Position numbers and translations under genes: made by a program. Of a DNA stretch of 64,000 nt, positions 33,480-43,968 are shown piece by piece; positions within the stretch are counted from its first letter, which is position 1, and each line of letters starts with the position of its first letter. Under the pieces are notes generated by a model, which saw only the letters and a program-made list of their open reading frames with translations, was not told the DNA's origin and did no database searches. The DNA lies in assembly GCA_963663765.2 (NCBI GenBank), contig CAXXUA010000005.1, positions 1,248,001 to 1,312,000 of the forward strand, written 5' to 3'. Source of the DNA: Candidatus Poribacteria bacterium. Lineage in GTDB: Bacteria; Poribacteria; WGA-4E; WGA-3G.

Positions 33480-33810
33480 GAATTAAATGTTATATATAAG
33501 AGAATCTTAACACTTTTCTGTATTAAACTGAAATGTATTTTCTAATAATTGTTCGCAAATCCTAATTGTATTTCTAATTTACGTTTAAAATTTAAATTGT
33601 GACTTAGTAGTAGTAGTAGGGGGTGTGCATAAGTGGATAACTGCTTTTAACCCTTATGGAGACTAATGGGGGAGGTGTTGATAAAATGTGCATAAAAAAT
33701 GAATTATTGACAATTGCTTAACACAATTAACGGATGTAAAAGTTATCAACAAACTATCAACAAGTTATCAACATTAATTTTAGAGTTATCAACGTTAATT
33801 GTAGATAACA
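33480..33810. other. Chromosomal replication origin oriC
   Basis: AT-rich tract, (TAG)5 at 33605-33619, GGGG, DnaA boxes TGTGCATAA 33624-33632 overlapping AGTGGATAA 33632-33640; further boxes at 33676, 33687, 33743, 33754, 33765, 33786, 33800. Confidence 0.88.
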
Positions 33811-33898
33811 TGTAATTTTAAATTATGGATAGTTGAAAATGTCCTTGTACAGTCTGCCTTTAAACTATCAATATATATTCCTGATTTTTTCTTTTCAC

Positions 33899-35236
33899 TT
33901 ATGAGAGTTCACCCGTTAAAAACTCTATAAGATTTCTTGTTTCCTCGTTTTCAAGCTGCTTTTCAACTTGTGAACATGCATGTATTATGGTCGTATGATT
34001 TTGCCTATGAAACGCTTCAGCAATATCTAACAGCGACAACTGCGTCAGTTCCCTGCATAGATACATAGCAATCTGACGTGGGAAGGCAATCGCTTTTGTC
34101 CGTTTGGATGAAGTAAGGTCATCGTCGTTCAACTCAAAATGATCCGTGACTATTTTCTGAATCGCTGCCGTAGTAATAACTTTTCTACCGGATACGCGTC
34201 TGGTGGGTGTGGAGGTATCGTTGAGTATGCTGCGGACAAAGTCAAGTGTCAGTTGCTTTTCTTGAATTGACGCACGCGCTTTGAGACTTACCAACGTCCC
34301 TTCCAACTCACGAATATTGCTCGTTACCATTTCCGCAACGTAACTCAGCACTTCGTTAGAAATATCCTTAAAATCCTGATCTTGACACTTTTGCTGTAAA
34401 ATCGCAAGACGCAACTCATAATTAGGTTTGTCAATTTCAGCAACCATACCCCATTCAAAACGAGAACTTAACCTCTCTTCAAGGTTTTCAAGCATTCTCG
34501 GTGAACGATCACTTGTCATTACAATCTGATACGATTTTAAGTACAAATCGTTGAAAGTGTTAAAGAACTCCTCTTGTGTCCCTTCTTTCCGTTGTAAGAA
34601 CTGAATATCATCAATTAAAAGTAAATCAGTTTCACGATATTTCGCACGAAAATCTTGAGCCGATTGCCGGTTAATAATTGATTCAATGTATTCATTCATA
34701 AATGTCTCAGACGTTACATAGATAACTTGACGGTCAGGTTTAATATCTTGGAAGTGGTTGCCTATCGCATGAAGAAGATGTGTCTTCCCAAGACCTACTC
34801 CGCCATAGATGAATAGCGGATTATACTCACCACCCGGATTCTCAGACGCAGAAAGGGCTGTCGCATGACATATACGATTGCTCTGACCAACTTTGAAATT
34901 ATCAAATACATAGTTCGGATTCAATCCCGCATTATCAGAGTTGTTATTTTGCGGTAAAGGTTTGCTATTGCCAGACTCAGGAACTTTCGGAGCCGGCGTG
35001 TCTACGAAAATCTCAAACGTACAAGCCGGACTTATCCGATCAGATAACACTCTCTTAATAGAACTGAAAAACCTATTCTCAATTTCGTCACGAGTATAGT
35101 CCGATGGAACTGCAATTAAAAAACACTCCTCTGATAGTGAACGCGGGGTAACTTGCCGCAAATATACATCACTGACTGCAGATTCATCAAGTTCCGAAAG
35201 TAGTTCTGACCAAAACTTTTCAGGGGTATATCGCAT
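33899..35236 (-). CDS. dnaA: Chromosomal replication initiator DnaA
   Basis: YNPLFIYGGVGLGKTHL, LLIDDIQF, QEEFFNTFN, RQIAMYL, HTTIIHA. Confidence 0.97.
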   Translation of the reverse strand: MRYTPEKFWSELLSELDESAVSDVYLRQVTPRSLSEECFLIAVPSDYTRDEIENRFFSSIKRVLSDRISPACTFEIFVDTPAPKVPESGNSKPLPQNNNSDNAGLNPNYVFDNFKVGQSNRICHATALSASENPGGEYNPLFIYGGVGLGKTHLLHAIGNHFQDIKPDRQVIYVTSETFMNEYIESIINRQSAQDFRAKYRETDLLLIDDIQFLQRKEGTQEEFFNTFNDLYLKSYQIVMTSDRSPRMLENLEERLSSRFEWGMVAEIDKPNYELRLAILQQKCQDQDFKDISNEVLSYVAEMVTSNIRELEGTLVSLKARASIQEKQLTLDFVRSILNDTSTPTRRVSGRKVITTAAIQKIVTDHFELNDDDLTSSKRTKAIAFPRQIAMYLCRELTQLSLLDIAEAFHRQNHTTIIHACSQVEKQLENEETRNLIEFLTGELS

Positions 35237-35471
35237 GAGAACCTTCTCAACCTATGATGGGTGAAATCTGAACGAAATCTTTAAAATTCAGATGAAAATA
35301 ATAATGTGACGTGAACGTGAATTATATCATTTGCAAATTTAATTCACAAGTTAATTTAAGCAAATTTCTTAGCAAAATACCCTCTCTGAACTTAATGTTT
35401 TTAAGGGTTTTTCAAAGAGATTGGCACCGTTGAGGAGAACACTTTGTCCACCTGCTATATTAGAGAAAAAT

Positions 35472-35500
35472 TTGACAAATAAAAAAAAATAAGGTATCCT
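35472..35500 (+). promoter_or_regulatory. Sigma70-type promoter upstream of rpmH
   Basis: TTGACA-17 bp-TATCCT. Confidence 0.55.
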
Positions 35501-35599
35501 TATTATTTAACGTTAAGATTTAGAAATGATTTCATAATACTGAAAATCTAAGAATATAATGAGTTGCAACTATAAGGGAAAAATAGAAAGGATAACGTC

Positions 35600-35734
35600 A
35601 TGAAGCGTACATATCAACCGCATCGACGTAAACGAAAAAATAAACTTGGATTTAGAAAACGGATGTCTACGCGAAATGGTAGAAAAACTATCGCACGCCG
35701 CAGAGCAAAGGGTAGAAAAACCCTCAGCGCATAG
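35600..35734 (+). CDS. rpmH: 50S ribosomal protein L34 (below the ORF-track size cutoff)
   Basis: Translated by hand: [44 protein letters not shown]; SD AAAGGA; divergent from dnaA. Confidence 0.97.
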   Translation: MKRTYQPHRRKRKNKLGFRKRMSTRNGRKTIARRRAKGRKTLSA

Positions 35735-35759
35735 AACATAGTACAAAACAACCTGAAAG

Positions 35760-36995
35760 ATGCCACGTACTTTTAATATACCTCGTTTTTACGAAAGTCC
35801 TATAATTTCTGCTGTTAAGGCATCACGGCGAAACATGGACGCACGCAAAAGAGACCTATCCCCCTCCATATTAGACTTTGGTCCCATCCGTTTTAAAATC
35901 GCACGACACTTCGGATTCTGCTACGGCGTCGAAAATGCTGTTGAAATCGCATACCGCGCCCTTGAAGAAAACCCAGAAAAGCGAATTTTCCTACTCTCTG
36001 AGATCATTCACAACCCTCGCGTCAACGAAAATCTAAAACACCACGGCGTACAATTTCTCTCTGATACTGAAGGAAATCCATTGCTACCGTTTGACGTGTT
36101 AGTGCCTGATGACGTTGTCATCGTACCAGCTTTCGGCACAACTTTGGAAGTTGAAGCAGAACTCAACGCCCGCGGCGTTACACTTTCGTCCTACAACACA
36201 ACCTGTCCTTTCGTAGAAAAAGTGTGGAAACGTAGCCAAGAGATTGGAAAGCAAGATTATACCGTTGTTGTACACGGCAAACGTTATCATGAAGAAACAC
36301 GAGCCACATTTTCCCACGCACAAGCCGAAGCACATGTAGTGGTGGTTCGTGACCTTGTGGAAGCAGAAAACCTCGCAAATGTGATACGCGGTGACGCAGA
36401 TGCTGACTTCTTCTTCAAACAATTTGCTGACAGATATACCGAAGGCTTCCATCCAGATACCCACCTAAAACGTATCGGTGTTGTCAACCAAACAACAATG
36501 CTCGCAACAGAAACACAAGCTATCGCCGATTTATTGCGACAGGCTATCATGGCACGCTACGGTGAGGACAATCTCATGGAACATTTTGCTGACACAAAGG
36601 ATACGCTCTGCTATGCCACAAAAGAGAACCAAGACGCAACACTCGCGCTTATTGCAGAAGGTGGGGATGTTGCAGTCGTCGTAGGCGGGTACAACTCGTC
36701 TAATACCAGTCATCTTGTAGAACTTTGTGAACACAAACTACCGACATATTTTGTCCGAGATGCAGAGGAACTCCTCAGTCCAAAACGGATTCGTCACCTG
36801 TCGCTTGAGACAAAAGAGGTACAAATCACAGAAAATTGGCTACCGACTGAACATCCCAATGGCACTCCAGTGGACATCGTTTTAACTGCCGGTGCCTCTT
36901 GCCCAGATATACTGCTTGATGAGGTGTTGCGGAAAATCGTAGACTGGTTTCCAAATACCCATTCAGAGGAACATGTCCTCGCCCCGTATACGTAG
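35760..36995 (+). CDS. ispH: 4-hydroxy-3-methylbut-2-enyl diphosphate reductase
   Basis: FGFCYGV, IIHNP, TTCPFV, NQTT, TLCYAT, GGYNSSNT, TAGASCP. Confidence 0.95.
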   Translation: MPRTFNIPRFYESPIISAVKASRRNMDARKRDLSPSILDFGPIRFKIARHFGFCYGVENAVEIAYRALEENPEKRIFLLSEIIHNPRVNENLKHHGVQFLSDTEGNPLLPFDVLVPDDVVIVPAFGTTLEVEAELNARGVTLSSYNTTCPFVEKVWKRSQEIGKQDYTVVVHGKRYHEETRATFSHAQAEAHVVVVRDLVEAENLANVIRGDADADFFFKQFADRYTEGFHPDTHLKRIGVVNQTTMLATETQAIADLLRQAIMARYGEDNLMEHFADTKDTLCYATKENQDATLALIAEGGDVAVVVGGYNSSNTSHLVELCEHKLPTYFVRDAEELLSPKRIRHLSLETKEVQITENWLPTEHPNGTPVDIVLTAGASCPDILLDEVLRKIVDWFPNTHSEEHVLAPYT

Positions 36996-37033
36996 ATGTA
37001 TGCTTTAACAGAACTCTTGGAATAAGAAGGAAT

Positions 37034-37708
37034 ATGTCCATGAATGAACAGTATCAATATGTTGGAAAGACACTTACACGAAGTATAGCTGAAGAACTTA
37101 TAAGAGAGTTATTCACAGGGCAGACTATCCAAAAACAAGAAATAAAGGATGTTGTAGAAGAAACGCATCTACAACGGGGCGGGTTACCATCAATAGCACA
37201 ACGTAATAATCCTGTCACGCTGGCACTGTGGCACATGGAGTGTGAAGGGTATGTAGAAAAGAATCCTAATCAAGGCACTTGTTTTATAGTTTCAAGGAAT
37301 CAGGACGCAGACAAGATGGATTCTGATCAGGACAATATTGGTGCTGATATTTTAGAACCAGAAAAGACTATCGGTTCCGGTAAACAGTCAGTCTACCTCT
37401 ACTATTACCCAGCTTACAAATGTTTAGCTGAAAATCAGGAGAAAAAAGTATGGGAATGCAAAATCGGAAAGGCTAGAAATGATCCTATAAGTAGGATTCT
37501 TTCGCAAACACGAACAGCACTCCCAGAATATCCTAAGGTTGGTCTCATTATTAAAACAGACGATCTTAATTTAATGGAAAGGACAATACAGAATATTCTG
37601 AGACTGCAAGGCAAGCAAAAGCAAGACTCACCAGGAAACGAGTGGTTCATTACTTCTCCCAGTGAAGTTGAACAAGTGTACGAAACCAACTTTGGAAATT
37701 TACAATGA
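37034..37708 (+). CDS. GIY-YIG (T5orf172/Mug113-like) nuclease-domain protein
   Basis: VYLYYY..CKIG..R..E..I..L..GNEWF. Confidence 0.7.
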   Translation: MSMNEQYQYVGKTLTRSIAEELIRELFTGQTIQKQEIKDVVEETHLQRGGLPSIAQRNNPVTLALWHMECEGYVEKNPNQGTCFIVSRNQDADKMDSDQDNIGADILEPEKTIGSGKQSVYLYYYPAYKCLAENQEKKVWECKIGKARNDPISRILSQTRTALPEYPKVGLIIKTDDLNLMERTIQNILRLQGKQKQDSPGNEWFITSPSEVEQVYETNFGNLQ

Positions 37709-37787
37709 ACTAACGCTATACTTCACTATTGAAGTAAATCCTTGGTGTTTTCTATACATTACAAGCAATTTAGAAAGGAGAAAAATT

Positions 37788-38018
37788 ATGTTCATCGTGA
37801 CTGATGACTTGGAAATCATAAACTTCAATCACTACCAAAATTTAACTGTAGAAGGCGAGGACCCTGGCAAAAGCCAACTTGTCTTAACAGCACAAGATGG
37901 TTCCAAACGTGTCATTGCCGAATTTGCCGAATTTGAAGATGCCTATAACCTCTTTACGGATATCCGAGATGCCATCGTAGCAGGAGAGACGTGCTATAGT
38001 TTAGAAGGATACCAATGA
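37788..38018 (+). CDS. Small acidic hypothetical protein (76 aa)
   Basis: Strong SD AAAGGAG before ATG 37788 (MFIVTDDLEII...). Confidence 0.6.
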   Translation: MFIVTDDLEIINFNHYQNLTVEGEDPGKSQLVLTAQDGSKRVIAEFAEFEDAYNLFTDIRDAIVAGETCYSLEGYQ

Positions 38019-38137
38019 ACAAACTTTACTTCGGCGATAACTTGGAAATTTTACAGCAGATGATGGGTGAACGCACCCATTTCATTCGAACCGATCCATT
38101 TTGCAATAGCAAGCGCGAATATAACACCTTACAATAA
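38015..38137 (+). pseudogene. N-terminal remnant of an N4/N6 DNA methyltransferase
   Basis: MNKLYFGDNLEILQQM..RTDPFCNSKREYN* resembles LYFGDNL..DPPFNSKRxYN; truncated at 40 aa. Confidence 0.7.
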
Positions 38138-38164
38138 TCCTGTAAATCTTGGTTCAGACAAAAT

Positions 38165-39244
38165 TCAATCATAAGGATTCTCAGATGTCCGCACCTTAAT
38201 CGCCTCAGGAGTCAACGCACCGAGCGGCGCTTCACCATTTAGCACGCGTTCAAAATCATCCACAATCATATCCGCAACACGCAGATTCGCATCCTTTGTC
38301 CTGCCAGCAATGTGCGGCGTATGCACAACGTTATTCCTATTCCGCAGTTCATCATCAATAGGTACTGGTTCTCGGTCATAGACATCAAACGCACCGGCGA
38401 GTTCATCTTTGACAATCCGTTCGCGCAACGCAGCCATATCAACAGCATGTGCACGCGTAATAATAACGACCAATGCACCTTTGCGTAGACGATAGATACG
38501 TTCACGGTTCAGCAGGTGTCGTGCGGAAGGTGTCGGCGGAACAGCAACAAAAACAATATCCGCCCTATCAACAACCGTGTCCATATCCGCACGTTCAACA
38601 TCCCATTCACGGAGAAGTTCATCAGCAACAAACGGATCAAATCCCATCACAGTTGCACCGAATACGCTGCACCACTGCGCGATCTTTCGTCCAATCTGAC
38701 CAAGTCCTATCACACCAATCTGTTTCGTACCAAGATCACCGTTCACAAAGTCCGGATCATCACAGAACTGATGGGCAACGGGAAGTTTCTTCGGTCCCCA
38801 TATCGGATCGCTCCAATTCCAAAGTTTTTCGCCTTGCGCCATCTGCATGTGCCACTGAGCAGTCCGGCGTAGCGAAGACAAAGCAAGTCCAAAAGCACAT
38901 TCCGCCACAGATTGCGCCCAAGCACGAGTAGATTCAATTACAGGAATACCGCGCTCTTGAAGCTTAGCGTATGGGATACCGTGTCCCGTGTTGTCTGTCA
39001 TTGTTCCAACCACTTTGAGTTTGGGCGCATTGTCAATACATGCCTCAGTAAGCCTACCACCCCATTGTGAAATTCCAACCATATCGCTCAAATCCACTTG
39101 TTCGTGGATAGGGTCTTTGCTGGTGGTATTGAGAACAAGCGTTACGCCTAATTCCTCAAGCCGTTTGACCATCTGTTCGTGCACGAAGGGCCAAGAACCC
39201 TCCAAACCAGGATTACGTGTAAATAGAAATTGGTGTGTTGACAT
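38165..39244 (-). CDS. D-2-hydroxyacid dehydrogenase family protein
   Basis: GVIGLGQIG, TRAHAVD, DVYDREP, TPHIAG. Confidence 0.9.
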   Translation of the reverse strand: MSTHQFLFTRNPGLEGSWPFVHEQMVKRLEELGVTLVLNTTSKDPIHEQVDLSDMVGISQWGGRLTEACIDNAPKLKVVGTMTDNTGHGIPYAKLQERGIPVIESTRAWAQSVAECAFGLALSSLRRTAQWHMQMAQGEKLWNWSDPIWGPKKLPVAHQFCDDPDFVNGDLGTKQIGVIGLGQIGRKIAQWCSVFGATVMGFDPFVADELLREWDVERADMDTVVDRADIVFVAVPPTPSARHLLNRERIYRLRKGALVVIITRAHAVDMAALRERIVKDELAGAFDVYDREPVPIDDELRNRNNVVHTPHIAGRTKDANLRVADMIVDDFERVLNGEAPLGALTPEAIKVRTSENPYD

Positions 39245-39256
39245 TTAAGAAACCTC

Positions 39257-41938
39257 CTATGATGTAATGCGAATCTGTGGTGCTGTCGGATACCTACCAC
39301 GACGATTACCGTAGAGTGTAAGTCCGCCCCTGTTTTCAGCATTGCCTTTCACTTCATAACGGACAGTCAGCATGTCTGCTGAACCACCGTTCAAACACAT
39401 CTCCTTATCTAATTGGATACGATATAAGTAGCCGTAGTTTCCCAAGTTTTCATGAATATAGGTAAGCACGCCGCGGGCATCCGCAGGACAATCCGGAATT
39501 GCCAAAGTTTCCAACGCATTCCCGTTCACAGAAATCGTTACATCTGATGGGTGTTTTTCAGGTTCCGTTTGCCGTGAACCACCATTGGATGAAGATGCCT
39601 CAAAAACCAATTCCATCTTTGATATTTCGTCCGGATTGAGTTCTTCTGGCAGCGGTACCAAGTATTCAACATACCCTACACCTTGCGCAGAAAAACGCTG
39701 TTCTGTTACCTCAGAACCAGAATCCCATTTGCTCGTGGATATATTACCCGGCAGGTGTGGAAGCGATGTTAACCCAGGCGCGTTCTCTATGAATATCTCA
39801 AAATTAATGTAATTGTGAGCAACAACTGCCCCCGTCTCATCGGATACCCAAACATGTAACGTCCCAACAGACGAGTTCATTTCTGGAATAGTAATCTCAA
39901 GTTGATGCACCTTTTCCACCTGATACTGCGGAAACGGAATACCAACACTTCCACTCACGCGTCTACGCATCAGTTCACCATCTTGCTCAACCGTATCCAA
40001 CTGCCAGTGGAGCGTCGTGTTATTCAACGCCTTATGTGAATAGTGGCTGGAATATATATCTGCCGTTACAGTTTCGCCAGGAACGACTGTGCTACCAGGT
40101 GGATAATCAATCGCAATAAAATCAAGATTATTGATGTCATTATAATCGTATCCAAATTCCTTTACTGACCGATCATAATTCATAAATCCGTTATGTTCCC
40201 ACTCAATGTCCTGCAGCTCAGTATAAACGTAGCCACAGATTTTCGGATGTAGACGCAACTCATTTGTCAGATACTTAAAACACCACGCGATATCTTTATC
40301 ACCAGCACCTGCACCAATGCCACCGTATTCACTATTGATCAACGGCATATCCGTTTGTTCGTTATCACCAGTATAGTTAAACTTTGAACCAGGATATGTC
40401 TGTTCTACAACGTTAGCGATATGATCTTTCGCGTGTTTGTAATTATTGATATAGAAATGCCACGAGTTGATGTCGGTTTCTACATGGTCATACAGACAAG
40501 GTGAGTTGTCCTCAATAAGACGAGTCGGATCAAGAGATTTCGCATAGTGATACATCTCCCGCACCCATTCTTGGCGATCCTTGTGCTCCTTGTAACCTCC
40601 CCCGCCGAGTCCCCACGTTTCATTGAAGTTACACCATGAAATAATGGACGGATGATTGAAATCACGTTCAATGTTACCACGTAACGTCTGTTTAAATCTG
40701 GCTTTTGCTTTTTCCGTGTAATGACCAAAGTTGGGAATATCACACATAAAAAGCAGCCCCAATTTATCTGCCCAGTAATAAAGACGCGGTTCATCCATTT
40801 TTATATGTAAGCGAAGGAAATTGAAACCGAATTCTTTAGCACGTTCAACATCCGTTCGAATCGCCTCATCTGTCAGGAAGGTATAAACCCCTTCCGGATT
40901 AAACGACTGATTAAGCGCACCAAGCAAATATATCGGACGATTGTTAAGATAAATGTAATTATAATCCCCGCCAGGTGCTTTCTCTATGGACACCTTCCGC
41001 ATGCCAAAATAGGTGTAAATCCTATCAATAACAGACCCTCCTGATACCAACTTCAACGTGACATAATACAGATTTGGCGTATCTACATCCCAAAGCCGTA
41101 GTTTTTCTGGTGGAATCTCTACAGTGAATTCAGTTTTTTCTATTGCAGCCACACTGCCACTCATTTCCTCACATTCCCATTGCAATTCGGTCCCAGATGC
41201 TATCTCACCATCAACCGACACGTCAAATGTAGCACTGCTATCGTCAATGTCAGGTGTGATAAGACACTGTTTGATATAGGTTGCATTTCTCGGTTCAAGA
41301 TAGACCGTCTGCCAAATGCCACTCGCACGTGTATACCAGCCTATTTGTTTCCCAGCAAGTTGTTCCCCATGGTCTTGCGCATCATACGCACGCACAACAA
41401 CCGTCGCAGCTTTGCCAGGTGCAAGCGCATCTGTGATGTCAAACTCAAACGGAAGATACCCGTTACCATACCCACCAATGACCTTGCCGTTAACCCAAAC
41501 CGTCGTTTCCCAATCAACAGCACCAAACTTCAAAATAACCCGTTTGTTTCCCCAATTTTCTGGAATGGAGACTGTCCTACGGTACCACCCGATCGTATGT
41601 CGCGGCTCCCCCTTGTAATTCCCACTATTGATAAGCCCGCCACATGTAATTTCTTCCGGTTTAAGATACGCATTTGTGCTTAAATAAGTCGCACTATCAG
41701 CACGTTCCTCTTCTCCCCACGCCGCAAGACTTTCCCAAGGATACGGTACCTGTATCTGCAATGGAAAATCAGCATTATCCAACGAAAACCATTCCTCTTT
41801 TTCTCCGACATCGTCCGGATCAAACGCAAATTCCCATGTACCATTCAAATTTATCCAATCAATTCCCTCAGACGTACCGCGCCGAAAATCTGGTCGCGGA
41901 TATTCTGGTCGTGGTGTTTCTATTCTTGTCACTATCAA
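39257..41938 (-). CDS. Glycoside hydrolase family 2
   Basis: PRPEYPRP, LNGTWEF, SGIWQTV, FNFLRLHIK, NHPSIISWCNFNE, NSEYGG. Confidence 0.9.
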   Translation of the reverse strand: MIVTRIETPRPEYPRPDFRRGTSEGIDWINLNGTWEFAFDPDDVGEKEEWFSLDNADFPLQIQVPYPWESLAAWGEEERADSATYLSTNAYLKPEEITCGGLINSGNYKGEPRHTIGWYRRTVSIPENWGNKRVILKFGAVDWETTVWVNGKVIGGYGNGYLPFEFDITDALAPGKAATVVVRAYDAQDHGEQLAGKQIGWYTRASGIWQTVYLEPRNATYIKQCLITPDIDDSSATFDVSVDGEIASGTELQWECEEMSGSVAAIEKTEFTVEIPPEKLRLWDVDTPNLYYVTLKLVSGGSVIDRIYTYFGMRKVSIEKAPGGDYNYIYLNNRPIYLLGALNQSFNPEGVYTFLTDEAIRTDVERAKEFGFNFLRLHIKMDEPRLYYWADKLGLLFMCDIPNFGHYTEKAKARFKQTLRGNIERDFNHPSIISWCNFNETWGLGGGGYKEHKDRQEWVREMYHYAKSLDPTRLIEDNSPCLYDHVETDINSWHFYINNYKHAKDHIANVVEQTYPGSKFNYTGDNEQTDMPLINSEYGGIGAGAGDKDIAWCFKYLTNELRLHPKICGYVYTELQDIEWEHNGFMNYDRSVKEFGYDYNDINNLDFIAIDYPPGSTVVPGETVTADIYSSHYSHKALNNTTLHWQLDTVEQDGELMRRRVSGSVGIPFPQYQVEKVHQLEITIPEMNSSVGTLHVWVSDETGAVVAHNYINFEIFIENAPGLTSLPHLPGNISTSKWDSGSEVTEQRFSAQGVGYVEYLVPLPEELNPDEISKMELVFEASSSNGGSRQTEPEKHPSDVTISVNGNALETLAIPDCPADARGVLTYIHENLGNYGYLYRIQLDKEMCLNGGSADMLTVRYEVKGNAENRGGLTLYGNRRGRYPTAPQIRITS

Positions 41939-41972
41939 TCCATCCTTATTATTGTGAATGCAATAACTTTAC

Positions 41973-42094
41973 AAGGACTTACGCACCCAACGGTAGGCGC
42001 GCTTTGTAAGCGCGCTGGAAACATAAATAATGCTGAAAATTACATCATTTTCATCACTATTCTTGATTAAATCTTGAAAACTGCGTAAGTCCTT
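41973..42094 (+). mobile_element. MITE family A copy 3
   Basis: TIRs AAGGACTTACGCA/TGCGTAAGTCCTT; flanks TTTAC/TTTGC (one mismatch). Confidence 0.85.
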
Positions 42095-42267
42095 TTTGCC
42101 ATACATTGTAAGCAATTAGCAGTTTTCCTTCAATAAAAAACTGAATTTATACCCAGATCCATTCAATTATCGCTATTGTTGTTAGGGTTTCCTTCACTAT
42201 AGGCGCCAATTTAGGGATTTATTCAAGGTTTTGTTCAGTATAGCACAACCAACGCCGTCATATTGAT

Positions 42268-42395
42268 TGTAGGGGATGGTCTCTGTGCTCGCCCATTGTT
42301 TTTTTGAATACATGCGTGGCACAGAGACCCGGGGAATCATGGCGAATACCAAACGCGTATTCGTCCAAGTGCATTCCTACCGTTGATTTGGCGCA
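42268..42395. repeat. REP doublet with doubly nested hairpin inserts
   Basis: TGTAGGGGATGGTCTCTGTGC..GCACAGAGACC followed by GGGGAAT[..GCGAATACCAAACGCGTATTCGT..]GCATTCCTACCGTTGATTTGG. Confidence 0.65.
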
Positions 42396-42727
42396 TGCTC
42401 GTGTTCTCAACACTAAAACCAAATACAAATTACGTTAATTTGGTATTACACCTTTCACAATGGAGAGTTGGATAAACCCCCCACATCAGATCTCTTTGCT
42501 TAGGTGCGTCTTATCCTCAGCAATAGATGTTGACCCAGATGTCTTCTCCGCGAAATCAGCGTAATCCGCGTAATCCGCGATTCTAACAAAAACACAAACA
42601 CTAAAATAACGCTCTTTTATTTTTGAGATATAACGTTTGTATTTTATTTACAAACAAATAGAACACATGCTAAAATAGAGTACATCTCCTTCGTCCCAGC
42701 CGTTGATTTAAAATCCTGGCACCAATA

Positions 42728-42864
42728 TATGGTGGATTATACAATTAAATCTACATTCTGAGTTGTAGGAGGGAACTCCGATTCCCGACTATCAAAGGGT
42801 TTGGTCGTGATTCGGAGATCGTTCCTACAAGTAAGATGTCCAATTGTTTCCATATTTCACCATG
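42728..42864. mobile_element. MITE family B shell around a GTAG REP doublet
   Basis: TATGGTGGATTATACAATT..AATTGTTTCCATATTTCACCATG; REP doublet 42764-42829 is an inverted near-copy of 60812-60877. Confidence 0.65.
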
Positions 42865-42885
42865 TAGTGCCAAAAGGAGATAAAA

Positions 42886-43742
42886 ATGTTAAGTTCAAGT
42901 CGACCATAATCGCACTCGCGATCCTATTCGTTTTCATCAGTTATGTGAGTAACTCTTATGCCTTTGAAATTGTAGAAATGGATCCAGCAGATGGATCCTC
43001 AGTTGAGGTATATTACGACGCTTGGTATGATTATCTATCCCACGGTGCGAGTTTAAGTACCGACGAACCGTATTATGCGGTAAGTTGGTATGTTGACGGT
43101 GTTTACGTAGGAACTAATGGGGGTGGTAATCCAGAAGATACAGAAGCTTATTTCGGTTTTTATAATCTTACTGAAAGCGGTACAGGAACAACTTATACAA
43201 TAAGGGCAGAAGCATGGTCCATTGGCACGCCTGAAAATCCGAGTGTCTTAGATACTGCTACCTATACGTTCACTGTCTACACTTTTGAAATTTTAGAGAT
43301 ACGCCCTGAAGGTGGACTCCCATGGGAACGACCATCTATCCCGTAGGTGCATGTTGATAATATACCGCACCACGATTATGTATTGGTGTCAGAGCCATAT
43401 CATTATACGGATGAAAGTAAACGAGATACTATCCGTTTTTCATATAGTGTTGTGCGTATTAACCCAAATGATATGGGCAAAAAACATGCTGCCTGGATCT
43501 CTACAGTGTATAGTGCGGATCCAATTTTTATTCAAGGGGACGTGGCGAAGGGTGAGACTGTAAATGTGCCTTTTTCTCACTCACATACATCTGTTCGGAG
43601 GAATAACGGTTGGAATGATGATGTCTTTAGGGTACAGGCACATGTATCCTTAGAGGTAAATAATTTAGATGACTTTAGCGTGAACGATAAATGGGAGGAC
43701 GATGATTTTTTGGACTTCCGTGTACCTGTAGATGATTTCTAA
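42886..43742 (+). pseudogene. Degraded secreted-protein gene (frameshift after the start, internal amber stop)
   Basis: SD AAGGAG and ATG 42886 are out of frame with the signal peptide (KFKSTIIALAILFVF..SYA); ORFs 42801-43346 and 43347-43742 share one frame separated only by TAG. Confidence 0.65.
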
Positions 43743-43968
43743 CTATTATTTTTCTTTTTTCACACAAATGTCTTTTATCAAGAATCACGACAAAACCCCT
43801 ACCTTTAGGTAGTGGGATGTAGTCGTGCTAAGTGCTTGTGTCAAGAAAAAACTTGATTTTTGGTTTAAAACATGAGATACTCATTATACCAGTTCAGTGT
43901 AGGTGCTACTAACACCTACACACCTTTAGTAGAGGGAACTGACGTCTTCATAGGACTGGAATATCATC

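Noticed and set aside
33194-33499. 101-aa + strand ORF as a possible dnaN remnant
   Set aside because: It is antisense to the recF start, runs into the AT-rich origin and shows no clamp similarity.
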